A DNA stretch of 64,000 nt from NCBI GenBank assembly GCA_963737265.1, contig CAVTRY010000018.1, forward strand, positions 1 to 64,000. The letters run 5' to 3'. The notes beneath the pieces were generated by a model. That model searched no databases, was not told where the DNA came from, and saw only the letters and a list, made by a program, of their open reading frames with translations. The stretch comes from an uncultured delta proteobacterium. Lineage in GTDB: Bacteria > Myxococcota_A > Polyangia > Fen-1088. Positions 12,351 through 22,393 of the stretch are shown piece by piece. The first letter of the stretch is position 1. Each line of letters opens with the position of its first letter. Both the position numbers and the translations under genes were made by a program.

Positions 12351-13238
12351 ATGTCGAGGCGCACCGTCGCCGAGGTCCGCAGGCACCGCGTCCCGACCTG
12401 GTGGTCGGACGCGAAGCTCGGGATCTTCGTGCACTGGACGCTGGCGTCGGTGCCGGCCTACGCCCCGGTGGACGCCGACATGTCCGACCTACTGGCCCGT
12501 CGCGATCCCCACGCGCTCGCCTCCTCGCCGTATGCGGAGTGGTACCAGAACTCCCTCAGCTTCGAGGACAGCCCCGTGGCCGCGTACCACGCCCAGCACT
12601 TCCCTGGCCGCCCCTACAACTCGTTCGCGTCGGAGTGGGAGGCGGGCCTCGAGCACTGGGACCCCGCGGCATGGGCTCGGCAGTTCGCCGCGACCGGTGC
12701 TCGCTACGTCGTGCTCGTGACGAAGCACCATGAGGGCTACTGCCTGTGGCCGAGCGAGGTCGCGAACCCACACGCCCCCTCGCTGCGCTGCCCGCGTGAC
12801 GTCGTCGGCGAGCTGGCCGAGGCCGTGCGGTCCGTGGGACTGCGCTTCGGCGTGTACTACTCCGGTGGACTCGACTGGACCTTCAACGACCATCCGATAG
12901 GGAGCTTCAGCGACCTGCTCGTGGCCCAGCCTCGCGGTGCGTACCTCGGGTACGCCGACGCGCAGGTACGCGAGCTGATCGATCGCTACGAGCCGTCGGT
13001 GCTGTGGAACGACATCTCGTGGCCCGGCGACGTGGCGCAGCTGGCCGATCTCCTCTCGTACTACTACCGCCGAGTGCCCGACGGCGTCGTCAACGACCGG
13101 TTCATGCCCTGGTCGCCGGTGTGGCGCATCGCCACGACTCGGCCCGCGCGCTGGGTCATCGACGCCCTGGTCGCCCGTGGTGCGCGAGCGGATCGGGGGA
13201 TCGTCGCCGCCGCGTCGCCGCTGTTCGACGTGCGCACC
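12351..13238 (+). CDS. Alpha-L-fucosidase (GH29), C-terminally truncated at a sequence junction
   Basis: WWSDAKLGIFVHW, YAEWY, VTKHHEGYCLW, LWNDISWP, VVNDRF. Only about 296 aa before unrelated sequence. Confidence 0.85.
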
Positions 13239-13280
13239 GATGACCAGCCGAAATTGGTCAACTGAAGTTGGTGAACTGAG

Positions 13281-15191
13281 ATGACTCCGCCTGACGCTTC
13301 TTACAACGCAGATCACATTACCGTCCTCAAGGGGCTGGAACCGGTGCGCCGGCGCCCCGGCATGTACATCGGTGGCACGGATGCGAAGGGCTACCACCAC
13401 CTCTTGTGGGAAATCGTCGACAACAGCGTGGACGAAGTCATCAACGGCTACGCCACGCACATCGACGTGATCTTGCACAAGGATCACCGGTCGGTGACGG
13501 TGACCGACAACGGCCGCGGAATTCCCGTCGACATCAAGAAGGAATTCAACAAGTCGGCGCTGGAGCTCGTGCTTACCGTTTTGCACGCGGGCGGAAAATT
13601 CTCCTCGGGCCAGTACCAATATTCCGGCGGCTTGCACGGCGTGGGGGCGTCGGTCGTGAACGCCTTGTCAGAGGAGATGATTGCGCGGGTGAAGCGGGAC
13701 GGCTTCGAATGGGAGCAGCGCTATGCGCGCGGAGAGGTCGCCAGCAAGCTGGGTAAGATTGGGCCGGCACGTGGCACTGGCACGTCCATCTTCTTTCGGC
13801 CCGACCCGCAGATCTTCGGCAAGCTGGATTTTTCAGCGGAAACCATTCGTTTTCGTCTGGAAACCAAGACCTATTTACACCGGGGCCTAAAGATTACTTT
13901 CCGCGATGAGGCGGCCGGCACCTCGGAGGTCTTGCAACACGACGGCGGAATTGCCGATTTTCTGAGCAAGATGATCGCCGATCGAGGCAAGGCGCCGACC
14001 ACGCCGCAATCCTTCTATTTTCAGCGCGAAGACGGCATGCGCGTCGAAACCGCTCTGCAATGGACCGAATCGCACGAGGAGACCCTGCGCTCATATGTGA
14101 ATGGAATTCCCACCACCCAAGGTGGATCGCATGAACAGGGCCTCCGTCAGGCCATCGTCAAGGCCGTGAGGTCCTTCATGGACGCCGCGGGCCTCGAACC
14201 CAAGAACCTGACCATTACAGCCGAGGACATCCGCGAGGGAATCGTCGGCGTGCTTTCGATTTACCTGCACGAACCGCAGTTTCAGGGGCAAACCAAAGAG
14301 CGCCTTGGCAATCCAGAGGCTCAACAATTAGTCGATTCCGCCGTCCGGCCGGCGCTCGAAACTTTCCTGCTCGAAAATCGCACCGCGGGCGCCACCATCG
14401 TCGAGCGCATTGTTCTTGCCGCCAAGGCGCGCGCGGCATCACGAGCGGCGTCGCAGGCGGTGTCGCGCAAGACGGCCATCTCGCACCGTCTGAATCTACC
14501 CGGCAAGTTGGCTGACTGTTCGTCGACGGATCCGGCGAAGAGCGAGCTGTTCATCGTCGAGGGCGATTCCGCAGGCGGCTCGGCCAAGCAAGGTCGCGAG
14601 CGCCGCTACCAGGCGATTCTTCCCTTGCGCGGCAAGGTGCTCAATGCCGAGCAGGCGTCGTTGCAGAAGGTTCTTTCGAACAAGGAACTTCAAGACGTCG
14701 TCTCAGCCCTCGGCTGCGGCGTGGGCGAGGCGTTTACGATCGAGCGGCTGCGCTACCACAAGATCATCTTCCTCATGGACGCGGATTCCGACGGCCACCA
14801 CATCGCGACCCTGCTGCTGACGTTCTTTTTTCGCCATCTGCGGCCGCTCATCGAAAGCGGCAACGTGTACCTGGCCCAGCCGCCGCTCTTTCGCATCGAC
14901 CACGGCAAGGAAACCTACTGGGCGCTCGACGAGGCTGACCGCGAGCGCATTGTCGCCACGTTGCCCAAGAACGCGCGGCCCGAGGTTATGCGCTTTAAGG
15001 GGTTGGGCGAAATGCAACCGGAGGAATTGAAGCGCACAACCCTCGACCCGACGTCGCGCCGTCTGCTGCGGGTGTCGGTATCCGATGTGGCCGAGGCCGA
15101 CCGCATCCTGACCGACCTCATGGGCAAGGACGTGGAAGCCCGCTTCAACTTCATCATGGAACGGGCCTCCCAGGCCGATCTCGATCTCTAG
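13281..15191 (+). CDS. Type IIA topoisomerase subunit B (ParE/GyrB-like)
   Basis: [61 protein letters not shown]. Confidence 0.95.
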   Translation: MTPPDASYNADHITVLKGLEPVRRRPGMYIGGTDAKGYHHLLWEIVDNSVDEVINGYATHIDVILHKDHRSVTVTDNGRGIPVDIKKEFNKSALELVLTVLHAGGKFSSGQYQYSGGLHGVGASVVNALSEEMIARVKRDGFEWEQRYARGEVASKLGKIGPARGTGTSIFFRPDPQIFGKLDFSAETIRFRLETKTYLHRGLKITFRDEAAGTSEVLQHDGGIADFLSKMIADRGKAPTTPQSFYFQREDGMRVETALQWTESHEETLRSYVNGIPTTQGGSHEQGLRQAIVKAVRSFMDAAGLEPKNLTITAEDIREGIVGVLSIYLHEPQFQGQTKERLGNPEAQQLVDSAVRPALETFLLENRTAGATIVERIVLAAKARAASRAASQAVSRKTAISHRLNLPGKLADCSSTDPAKSELFIVEGDSAGGSAKQGRERRYQAILPLRGKVLNAEQASLQKVLSNKELQDVVSALGCGVGEAFTIERLRYHKIIFLMDADSDGHHIATLLLTFFFRHLRPLIESGNVYLAQPPLFRIDHGKETYWALDEADRERIVATLPKNARPEVMRFKGLGEMQPEELKRTTLDPTSRRLLRVSVSDVAEADRILTDLMGKDVEARFNFIMERASQADLDL

Positions 15192-15192
15192 G

Positions 15193-16095
15193 CTAGTGCC
15201 GGCCGTGGCCGCCGAAATGGCCGCCGCCGAAGTGTGCGCCGCCGCCGGTGCGGGGCGCTGGCGCGTAGTTGCTTCTTGGGGCCAATCCGCCAGGTGCCGG
15301 CGCGCCTGCCCGAGGAGCCCCCGGCGCCGCGCGGTAGGCGCCGCCCGCGCCGTGCCAGGCAGCGCCTGCACGCATCGGGGGCGGAACCGAGGTGATTCTC
15401 GGCGCCACGATGTGTCCGCGGAAAAATGCTCCGTGACCGTAGTAGCGTGGGTAATGGGCGCGATAGTAGAAGTGGTAGTAGGGCCAATAGGTCCAGAAGA
15501 ACGGATCGTAGGGGCCCTCCCAGTAGAACCACGACCCGACGGTGACAAACAGCGGAGACCACGGGCGCCAGAAGTGGCGATGGGGTCCGATCATGAAGCA
15601 CCAGCCGCCGCCGTAGGCCGCGAGGATGGGGTGAGCTCCGTAGTAGCTGTAGGTCTCGCCAGCATAGCCGAAATCGCTTGGGTCTCCGATGAAGTAGTAG
15701 CAGCCGTTTTCCAGACTAAACAGGCGCAGATCGAAGGGCGGGTAGGGATGGATATGCCGTCCCGGTCGGTTGTCCCAGGTGGCACCGGGTTCGACGTTGC
15801 TGTCAACGGGGTGCGGACCTTCAAAGCAAAAGCCGCCACCCGCGGCGGGCACGGCCGGACCTTCGGCGAAGGGGGGAATGGGCGGCGGCGGTCCCTGTGG
15901 CTCTTCCTCCGCGGGACCGGGGGTTGCGTAGCCTGGCGGCATGGCCTGCCCAGCCGGGCCATTGGGCGCCGTCGCTTCGCCCACTGGCGCACCAGCCCCG
16001 GCTGGGGATTGGGCCTGTGCCCGCACGCTGCGCCCCGCCAGCCCTGGCAGGGACGCGGCGAGCACAACGATCATTGATGCAGCCTTGCGTGACAT
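15193..16095 (-). CDS. Secreted Pro/Gly/Tyr/Trp-rich hypothetical protein
   Basis: Signal-like N-terminus, Pro-rich linker, aromatic-rich core with two GGxCF-x(1-2)-GPH motifs, Gly/His tail. Confidence 0.7.
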   Translation of the reverse strand: MSRKAASMIVVLAASLPGLAGRSVRAQAQSPAGAGAPVGEATAPNGPAGQAMPPGYATPGPAEEEPQGPPPPIPPFAEGPAVPAAGGGFCFEGPHPVDSNVEPGATWDNRPGRHIHPYPPFDLRLFSLENGCYYFIGDPSDFGYAGETYSYYGAHPILAAYGGGWCFMIGPHRHFWRPWSPLFVTVGSWFYWEGPYDPFFWTYWPYYHFYYRAHYPRYYGHGAFFRGHIVAPRITSVPPPMRAGAAWHGAGGAYRAAPGAPRAGAPAPGGLAPRSNYAPAPRTGGGAHFGGGHFGGHGRH

Positions 16096-16135
16096 TGGGT
16101 ACCCCTGCGTGAAGTTTGTTCCAACGCCAGGCTAC

Positions 16136-16151
16136 AGCAAAACTGGAGCCA
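16136..16151 (-). promoter_or_regulatory. Putative sigma54 (-24/-12) promoter
   Basis: Minus strand reads TGGCTCCAGTTTTGCT (GG-N10-GC), about 40 bp upstream of the start at 16095. Confidence 0.55.
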
Positions 16152-16311
16152 AGATCGCGCGCGGCTAAACTGCGGATTTTTCAGGCCGAGACACCGGTCC
16201 ATTAGATCAATGTGGTGCAAACGACCGGCAGGGGTGTGAATGTGCTTCACGCGGCCAATCGGCCGATGCAAACTTGCCACCCAGTCAGACGGAATCATAC
16301 AGGAGAGAACG

Positions 16312-16773
16312 ATGTCGATCGAGACCCAGCTTCAGGATCTGCTGAAGGAAGCCATGCGAAGCAAGGATGCCCGCACCGCGGACTGTATCCGGATGATCAA
16401 GACCAAGCACATGGAGCGGCGGACGGCCGCGGGATTCAAGGCGGCGCTCGACGACGCGCTTTGGTTAGACGTGATTACCGCCTACCAGAAGCAGCTCCGC
16501 AAAGCACGCGACGAATACGCTGGTTTGGGCGAGCGCGGGGCGGAGAGCCTGCCCCAGCTCGATTTCGAGATCGCACTGTGCAGCCGCTTCCTTCCGACCA
16601 TGGCGAGCGAAGACGATGTGCGCGTGGCGGCCAAGGAAGCCATCGCGCGCATGGGTGTGACCGATGCCAAACAGGCCGGCAAGGTCATGGGCGACATCAT
16701 GAAGACCAACAAGGGCAAGTTCGACCCGGCCATGGTCAAGCAGCTGGTCGAGGAGGAGCTGACGAAGAAGTAG
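16312..16773 (+). CDS. GatB/YqeY domain protein
   Basis: LKEAMRSKD...IRMIKT, GKVMGDIMK...GKFD. AGGAGA RBS upstream. Confidence 0.9.
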   Translation: MSIETQLQDLLKEAMRSKDARTADCIRMIKTKHMERRTAAGFKAALDDALWLDVITAYQKQLRKARDEYAGLGERGAESLPQLDFEIALCSRFLPTMASEDDVRVAAKEAIARMGVTDAKQAGKVMGDIMKTNKGKFDPAMVKQLVEEELTKK

Positions 16774-16776
16774 CGT

Positions 16777-17659
16777 TCAACCTAAATTGGCGACGCGCAA
16801 GGCGGTCAGGATCATGCGCGTCGCGGGCGACTGGTTGAGGGTATAGAAATGGATGCCCGGCGCACCGCCAGCGAGCAATCCGATGCATTGGGCGGTGGCC
16901 TGGGCCAGGCCGAGCTGCATGGTCGCGGTCGGATCGTCGCGACGGCGGTTTAGCTCGGCTTGCAACAGCGGCGGGACGCTTGCGCCGCACATGCGGGTGA
17001 TGCGCTCGATCTGGGCCGCGTCTGTGATAGGCATGATGCCGGGGATGATGGGAACGGTGATGCCGGCGTTGCGCGCACGTTCCACGAAATCGAAGTAGCA
17101 GCGGTTGTCGAAAAAGAGCTGCGTCACGATGAAGTCGATGCCGGCGCGCACCTTTTTCACCAGGTTCGCCATGTCGCGGTCGAGGTCGCGGCACTGGGGA
17201 TGGCCTTCGGGATAGCCCGCGCCGGCCAAACACAGCCGGGCGCCGTAGCGCTGTCGAATGAAGGCAACCAAGTCCGAGGCGTGGAGGAATCCACCCGGCG
17301 GCTGGACGAAATCCGCGGCGTCGGCCGGGGGATCGCCGCGCAGGGGGATCAGGTTCTGGACGCCACCGTCCACCAGGCGATCAAGGACCGCCGCGATCTC
17401 GTTTCGCGTCGCCGCGACGGCGGTGATGTGGGCCATGGCGCGCATGCCCTCGTCGCGCTGGATGCGCATCACCAAATCCACGGTGCGGTCGCGCGTTCGA
17501 GCCGCCCGCTCCGTAGGTGACCGAAACGAAATCCGGGGCGAGATCCTTGAGATCGCGGATCGTGCGCGCGAGATTGGCCGCGCCGGCTTCGGTCTTGGGC
17601 GGGAAGAATTCGAAGGAAAAGAGCCTCTTGCCAGAGGCGAAGTGATCGGAGATTTTCAT
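16777..17659 (-). CDS. metF: Methylenetetrahydrofolate reductase, one +1 frameshift near 17497
   Basis: [49 protein letters not shown]. Confidence 0.9.
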
Positions 17660-17674
17660 GGCTAGGGACAAGTC

Positions 17675-18745
17675 CTAGCGCGCGCTGGTCGCCTCGCCAA
17701 GCCGTTCCAACCGATGGCGGGCCATGCCGGCATCAATCACGATCGTCTCGCCACGGCGCTCGGGCGCCTCGAACATCAGGTCGTGGCAGATTTCCTCGAT
17801 CAAGCCGCGCAGGATCCGCGCGCCGGTCTTGCGCTGTCGCGAGAAGGCCGCGACCTCGCGTAGCGCCTCCTCTTCGAAACGCAGTTCCACGCCGTCGGTG
17901 GCCAGCAGTGCGCTGTATTCGCGCACGACCGAATCTGGCGGCACGGTCAAGATCTGGAGCAAGTCGTTCTCCGAAAGTGGATCCATTTCCACCCGCACGG
18001 GAAGACGGCCGAGAAACTCAGCCAGCAGGCCGTACTCGATGAGATCCTTTTCGGTGATGGGCCGCTCGTGCTTGGTCGCGCCGCCGACCTCGCGACCGAA
18101 ACCGACGGATCTGTTTTCCTCGTACGGGCGCAGATCGGTGAACGTACCGGCGCAGATGAACAGGATGTTTTGCGTGTCCACCGGTACGAAGTCGTGTTTG
18201 TTCCAGTGTTGGGTCACGTTTTGCGGCACGAACACTTCGCGGCCTTCGAGAAGCTTGAGCAGGCCTTGTTGCACGCCTTCGCCGCCGATGTCGCGCGCGC
18301 CGGCACCTGTGCGCGCGCTGTGCGTGCGGCGTGCGATCTTGTCCACCTCGTCGACGAATACGATACCCCGCTCGGCGCTCTCCACGTCCTGCCCGGCCTT
18401 GGCAAGAAGCTCGCCCAGCATCACTTCCACGTCCTTGCCGTAGTAGCCAGCCTCCGTGTATTCAGTCGCATCCGCGATGCTGAACGGCACGTCGAGAAAC
18501 TCCGCCAGGGTGCGCGCGATGTGCGTCTTGCCGCAGCCCGTGGGGCCCATGAGCAGGATGTTGGACTTCTTGATGAGCGACTTGCCGGCAGCGTTTTTTC
18601 GATCGCAGCGTTTGAGATGGTTGTAGGCCGCGATGGCGATGGTTCGCTTGGCGCGTTCTTGCCCGATGATGCGCTTGTCGAGGAAGGCGAAAATCTCCCG
18701 TGGCGTGGGTAATTGCTCGGCAACAATCCGCGGCTTTGTCTTCAT
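17675..18745 (-). CDS. clpX: ClpX-like AAA+ ATPase lacking the N-terminal zinc-binding domain
   Basis: IIGQERAKR, KSNILLMGPTGCGKT, TEAGYYGKDVE, VDEVDKI, GEGVQQGLLK, VGF loop. Confidence 0.88.
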   Translation of the reverse strand: MKTKPRIVAEQLPTPREIFAFLDKRIIGQERAKRTIAIAAYNHLKRCDRKNAAGKSLIKKSNILLMGPTGCGKTHIARTLAEFLDVPFSIADATEYTEAGYYGKDVEVMLGELLAKAGQDVESAERGIVFVDEVDKIARRTHSARTGAGARDIGGEGVQQGLLKLLEGREVFVPQNVTQHWNKHDFVPVDTQNILFICAGTFTDLRPYEENRSVGFGREVGGATKHERPITEKDLIEYGLLAEFLGRLPVRVEMDPLSENDLLQILTVPPDSVVREYSALLATDGVELRFEEEALREVAAFSRQRKTGARILRGLIEEICHDLMFEAPERRGETIVIDAGMARHRLERLGEATSAR

Positions 18746-18845
18746 TGCGGCCAGCATCGCACGGCACGAAAATCCCCGCCAAAGTGGGGTCCTAAGTCCG
18801 CGGAGTTACACGCAAGTCAGCGGAACATTCGCACTCGGTCATGGG

Positions 18846-20123
18846 TCACGGCAACCGCGTGGTCATTGCCGTGCGCAGGAAGTCTTGCCAGGGAACGAGG
18901 CGGTTGATCTCGGCGAGGATGCGGCCATCCGGCGTGGCCACGCGGATAGCGGGCAGGGTATCGACGTGGTACTTGGCTTTGATAGCGGCGAGGGATTCGT
19001 CGTCGCTTTCGTGGCTGAGGTCGATTCGTAGCAACACGAAGTTGTCAAGAGTCGGGGCCACGTCTGCGCGGCCGAAGACCTTGACGTCTATCTCCTGGCA
19101 AGGCAGGCACCAGTTGGCCATGAAGTCGACCAGCAAGGGCTTGCCCGCGGCGCGCGCGGCGGCTACGGCGGCGGGTTCGGAGCGGAGCCATTCGATGTGA
19201 ACTTTCGGCGTGAGAACGTAGTTGGTCAGGGCGAAGAGGCCGAAGACCGTGAGGGCGATGCCCGCGGACTTGCTGATGGTCGGACGAATGCCGTCGGCAA
19301 ACGCCAGGTGGGTGGCGCCGAGGGCAAGGCCGGCGACGATCGCCAGTCCGGCGGTGACGGCGAAGAGGGGCGAATGGCCGGTGATTTGCCCGAGCACGGG
19401 AACGACGGGCTTTAGGTAGTAAAGGCCAGCCACCAGCAGCGCGATGCCGAACACGCTTTTGATCGCGTTCATCCACGGTCCGGACTTCGGCAGCTGCATC
19501 GAGAATCCAGCAATGGCCCAGAACGGGACACCGATGCCGGCGGCATAGGTGGCGAGCAAGAGAAATCCGTGGCCGGCATCGCGTGTGGTGGCGACGTAGG
19601 CCAGGATGCCGGCGAGAGGAGGACCGGTGCACGGCGCGGAGATGAGCCCGCCCACGAGACCCATCAAGAAGGCGCCGGCGAAACCCTTGCCGCCCACGCT
19701 CGACAGCCGCTCTTGTAGGGCCGCGGGCAGGTTCAAATCGAAGGCGCCGAACATGGACGCGGCCATGGCGAAGAAGAACAGCGCGAGCGGAACCACGACC
19801 CACGGGTTGGCCAGGAAGGTTCCGAATGCCTTGCCGAGCAAGGCGAAGGTGGTGCCTAGGGTTCCGAACATGACGGCGATGCCGGCCACGTACACGGTGG
19901 CGAGAAGAAATGCGCGGCCGCGCGACGAGCCGCCGTGGCCGCCAAAGATACCGATGGTGATGGGAATCATCGGATACACGCACGGGGTGAGCGACGTCAG
20001 CAGGCCCGCGGTGAGAGCAAAGGCAAAAGCGTGCAAGGCTCCACGGCTGGCAGCGGCCGAGAAACCGCTGGCCTGTGCGGCGGCTGGAGCAAGGAGCGAA
20101 AGAAGCACGAAGAAGAACGGCAC
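18846..20123 (-). CDS. DsbD/CcdA membrane domain plus thioredoxin-like domain
   Basis: LTPCVYPMIP, SAPCTGP, LPKSGPWM, C-terminal ANWCLPC. Confidence 0.9.
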   Translation of the reverse strand: MPFFFVLLSLLAPAAAQASGFSAAASRGALHAFAFALTAGLLTSLTPCVYPMIPITIGIFGGHGGSSRGRAFLLATVYVAGIAVMFGTLGTTFALLGKAFGTFLANPWVVVPLALFFFAMAASMFGAFDLNLPAALQERLSSVGGKGFAGAFLMGLVGGLISAPCTGPPLAGILAYVATTRDAGHGFLLLATYAAGIGVPFWAIAGFSMQLPKSGPWMNAIKSVFGIALLVAGLYYLKPVVPVLGQITGHSPLFAVTAGLAIVAGLALGATHLAFADGIRPTISKSAGIALTVFGLFALTNYVLTPKVHIEWLRSEPAAVAAARAAGKPLLVDFMANWCLPCQEIDVKVFGRADVAPTLDNFVLLRIDLSHESDDESLAAIKAKYHVDTLPAIRVATPDGRILAEINRLVPWQDFLRTAMTTRLP

Positions 20124-20387
20124 GGGCTGAATCTAGCACAGCGACGGTCCAATGGCCGCCGAGCTCGGACGAGGATCGTCTCGGCGTAGCGTTTCGCGCG
20201 CGACGGGAGGCCATCACTGGGCCACGCTTGGGCGGGGTACACCGCGCCGGTTTTCGCCGCATACAGCACCTTTTCTCGGGCTAATGCGCGCGCTTCATTA
20301 CAGGCTTGGGGACATGGTGGAACTCAGGTCCCCGCCATTTCACCCAATCGCTAGTGGGGTATCTAAGCCCGCCGGAGGGGCAAGCCC

Positions 20388-21323
20388 ATGCACGTGATGA
20401 TCGACAACGCGGCTTTGGCGGAGGAGTTGGTGTTGAGCGAGGCGCGCGCATGGCTGCTGCTGCGTGCCCTTGGCCGGCGGGCGGGGGCAGGCCAAGCGGT
20501 GGCGCAGGCGTGCGGCGTGCGCGTCGACGAGTACGGCCGCCTCGAGGAAGTCAAGCTGGGACAAGGGTGGCTGGATGTCTTCCCCGATGCGGCGCCCCTC
20601 TTTCAGCCCATGTTGTCGCTCGCACCGTCGGTCGAGCATTTGCTCGAGCTCTATCTGCCCATGTGTGTGGGGGCGAGCGGCAGCGATCTCGTGGTCGGCC
20701 ATGTCGGCCAGAGCCTGGATGGTCAGATTGCGACCTCGACCGGCGCTTCCTACTACATCACCGGACCGCAGGATCTGCTACACACGCACCGCCTGCGTGC
20801 CTTGTTCGATGTGGTCTTGGTGGGGAGGGCCACGGTGGCCTGCGACAATCCGCGCCTAACCACGCGACTGGTTCCCGGCGACAATCCAACCCGCGTCGTT
20901 GTGGATCCGGCCTTGCGGGCGCCGGTGGATCGGCAGGTCTTTTGCGATGGCGCGGCTCCGACGCTGGTGCTGTGTCGGCAGGGCATGGGGAGCGACGGCG
21001 CTCACCACGGATTGGCGGAAATCGCCGAGATTCCCTCGACCGGACCATGCCTGGCACCTGCCTTGCTGCTCGCCAAATTGAGACGGATGGGCCTGCGCCG
21101 CATCTTCATCGAGGGCGGGGGAGTGACGGTGTCTCATTTCCTGCGAGCGGGACTTCTCGATCGTCTGCATGTCACCATCAGCCCGATGTTTCTCGGCCAA
21201 GGTCGGCCGGGTGTGTCCCTGCCGAAGCTCGACAGTCTCGACCAGGCGTTGCGACCGCGAGTTAGCCGGTTCGCGCTCGGGGACGACATGCTTTTCGACT
21301 GTCAGTTCGAGCGAACGTATTAG
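20388..21323 (+). CDS. RibD C-terminal (reductase) family protein
   Basis: GQSLDGQIAT, HRLRA, DNPRLTTR, IEGGGVTVS. No deaminase HAE/PCxxC motif. Confidence 0.85.
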   Translation: MHVMIDNAALAEELVLSEARAWLLLRALGRRAGAGQAVAQACGVRVDEYGRLEEVKLGQGWLDVFPDAAPLFQPMLSLAPSVEHLLELYLPMCVGASGSDLVVGHVGQSLDGQIATSTGASYYITGPQDLLHTHRLRALFDVVLVGRATVACDNPRLTTRLVPGDNPTRVVVDPALRAPVDRQVFCDGAAPTLVLCRQGMGSDGAHHGLAEIAEIPSTGPCLAPALLLAKLRRMGLRRIFIEGGGVTVSHFLRAGLLDRLHVTISPMFLGQGRPGVSLPKLDSLDQALRPRVSRFALGDDMLFDCQFERTY

Positions 21324-22393
21324 TGGAGAGCCGGCGCATGCACTGGTTCATCGTGCCAGATCTCGACGGGCCCATCACGGGAGGCACGCTGTTCAATCGC
21401 ATGTTGATCGAGGCGTTGCGGGAATCCTTCACCGTCTGCAACGTTCTGCCCTTGGCCAGAGCGACCGCGGTTCTAGCCCGGGCTGCGCCGGGGGACACAT
21501 TTTGGGTGGATACACTGCATCTCGATGCCTTTCCCGATCTTGTGCGTGCGGCACCCGCAACCGTGCCGGTAGCCTCGATCATGCACTACTTGCCCTCGCT
21601 CATCGTCCATGGCGACGGCATGCGCCCGGCCGACTTGACACGAGCCGAGGCCGAAGCGCTGCGAGTCGCCGCTGGATTCCTAGTGCCAAGCCCCTTGATG
21701 CGCCACATCGTCGAAAGGTTCGCGGGGGCACAATGTCCGATTGTGCACGTTGAACCAGGACGCCTGGCGCAGGGGTGCGCGGCTCTGCCATTTCCGCCCG
21801 TGCGGGCCGTGCTGGTTGCGAATCTGGTGCCCGGCAAGGGCGTGGAACCCTTCCTCCACTATCTTGCCCGGGAGCTTTTGGCGACCGACGACTTTCACCT
21901 GACCATCGTGGGTACCTCCGCTCTCGATCCGGCGTGCGCCGAGCGCTGCCGGCGTCTGGGCGCGGATCGGCGTCTCGACGGCAGGGTCGTCTTCGAGGGC
22001 GGGTTGTCGCCAGTCGAGACCATGGCGCGAATGGAGACGAGTAACATCCTCATCTCGTCGTCGGTCATGGAGTCCTATGGCATGGCCCTGGCGGAGGCTC
22101 GGACCTTGGGCCTCCCCATCGTGGCCATCGATGGCGGTAATGTGGCCGCGCTGGTGGCGGCACGCGCGGGCGGCGAAGTCGTGAGCAATGCCAAAGATTT
22201 GGTCATGGCTTGCCTGTCCCTGGCACGCGATCCCGCCGAGCATCGTCTGCGCATCGAACGTGCGCGCGTCCATGCCTTACCGCCCCGGCCGTGGACGCTC
22301 GCGGCGCGAGACTTTGTCGCGCAAGTAGCCGCGCCGAGCGAGAGCAGTTGGAGGACTTGCGCCGAATCGGAGCCCTGCTGCGATGGCCGGTGA
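21323..22393 (+). CDS. GT4-like glycosyltransferase
   Basis: TGGTLFN, ANLVPGKG, ESYGMALAEA...GLPIV. Confidence 0.85.
   Translation: MESRRMHWFIVPDLDGPITGGTLFNRMLIEALRESFTVCNVLPLARATAVLARAAPGDTFWVDTLHLDAFPDLVRAAPATVPVASIMHYLPSLIVHGDGMRPADLTRAEAEALRVAAGFLVPSPLMRHIVERFAGAQCPIVHVEPGRLAQGCAALPFPPVRAVLVANLVPGKGVEPFLHYLARELLATDDFHLTIVGTSALDPACAERCRRLGADRRLDGRVVFEGGLSPVETMARMETSNILISSSVMESYGMALAEARTLGLPIVAIDGGNVAALVAARAGGEVVSNAKDLVMACLSLARDPAEHRLRIERARVHALPPRPWTLAARDFVAQVAAPSESSWRTCAESEPCCDGR

Noticed and set aside
13241-13279. TGACCA/TGGTCA dyad and TTGGT(C/G)AACTGA direct repeat at the junction as a recombination site
   Set aside because: Short, with no recombinase nearby and no partner copy found. 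It cannot be distinguished from chance.
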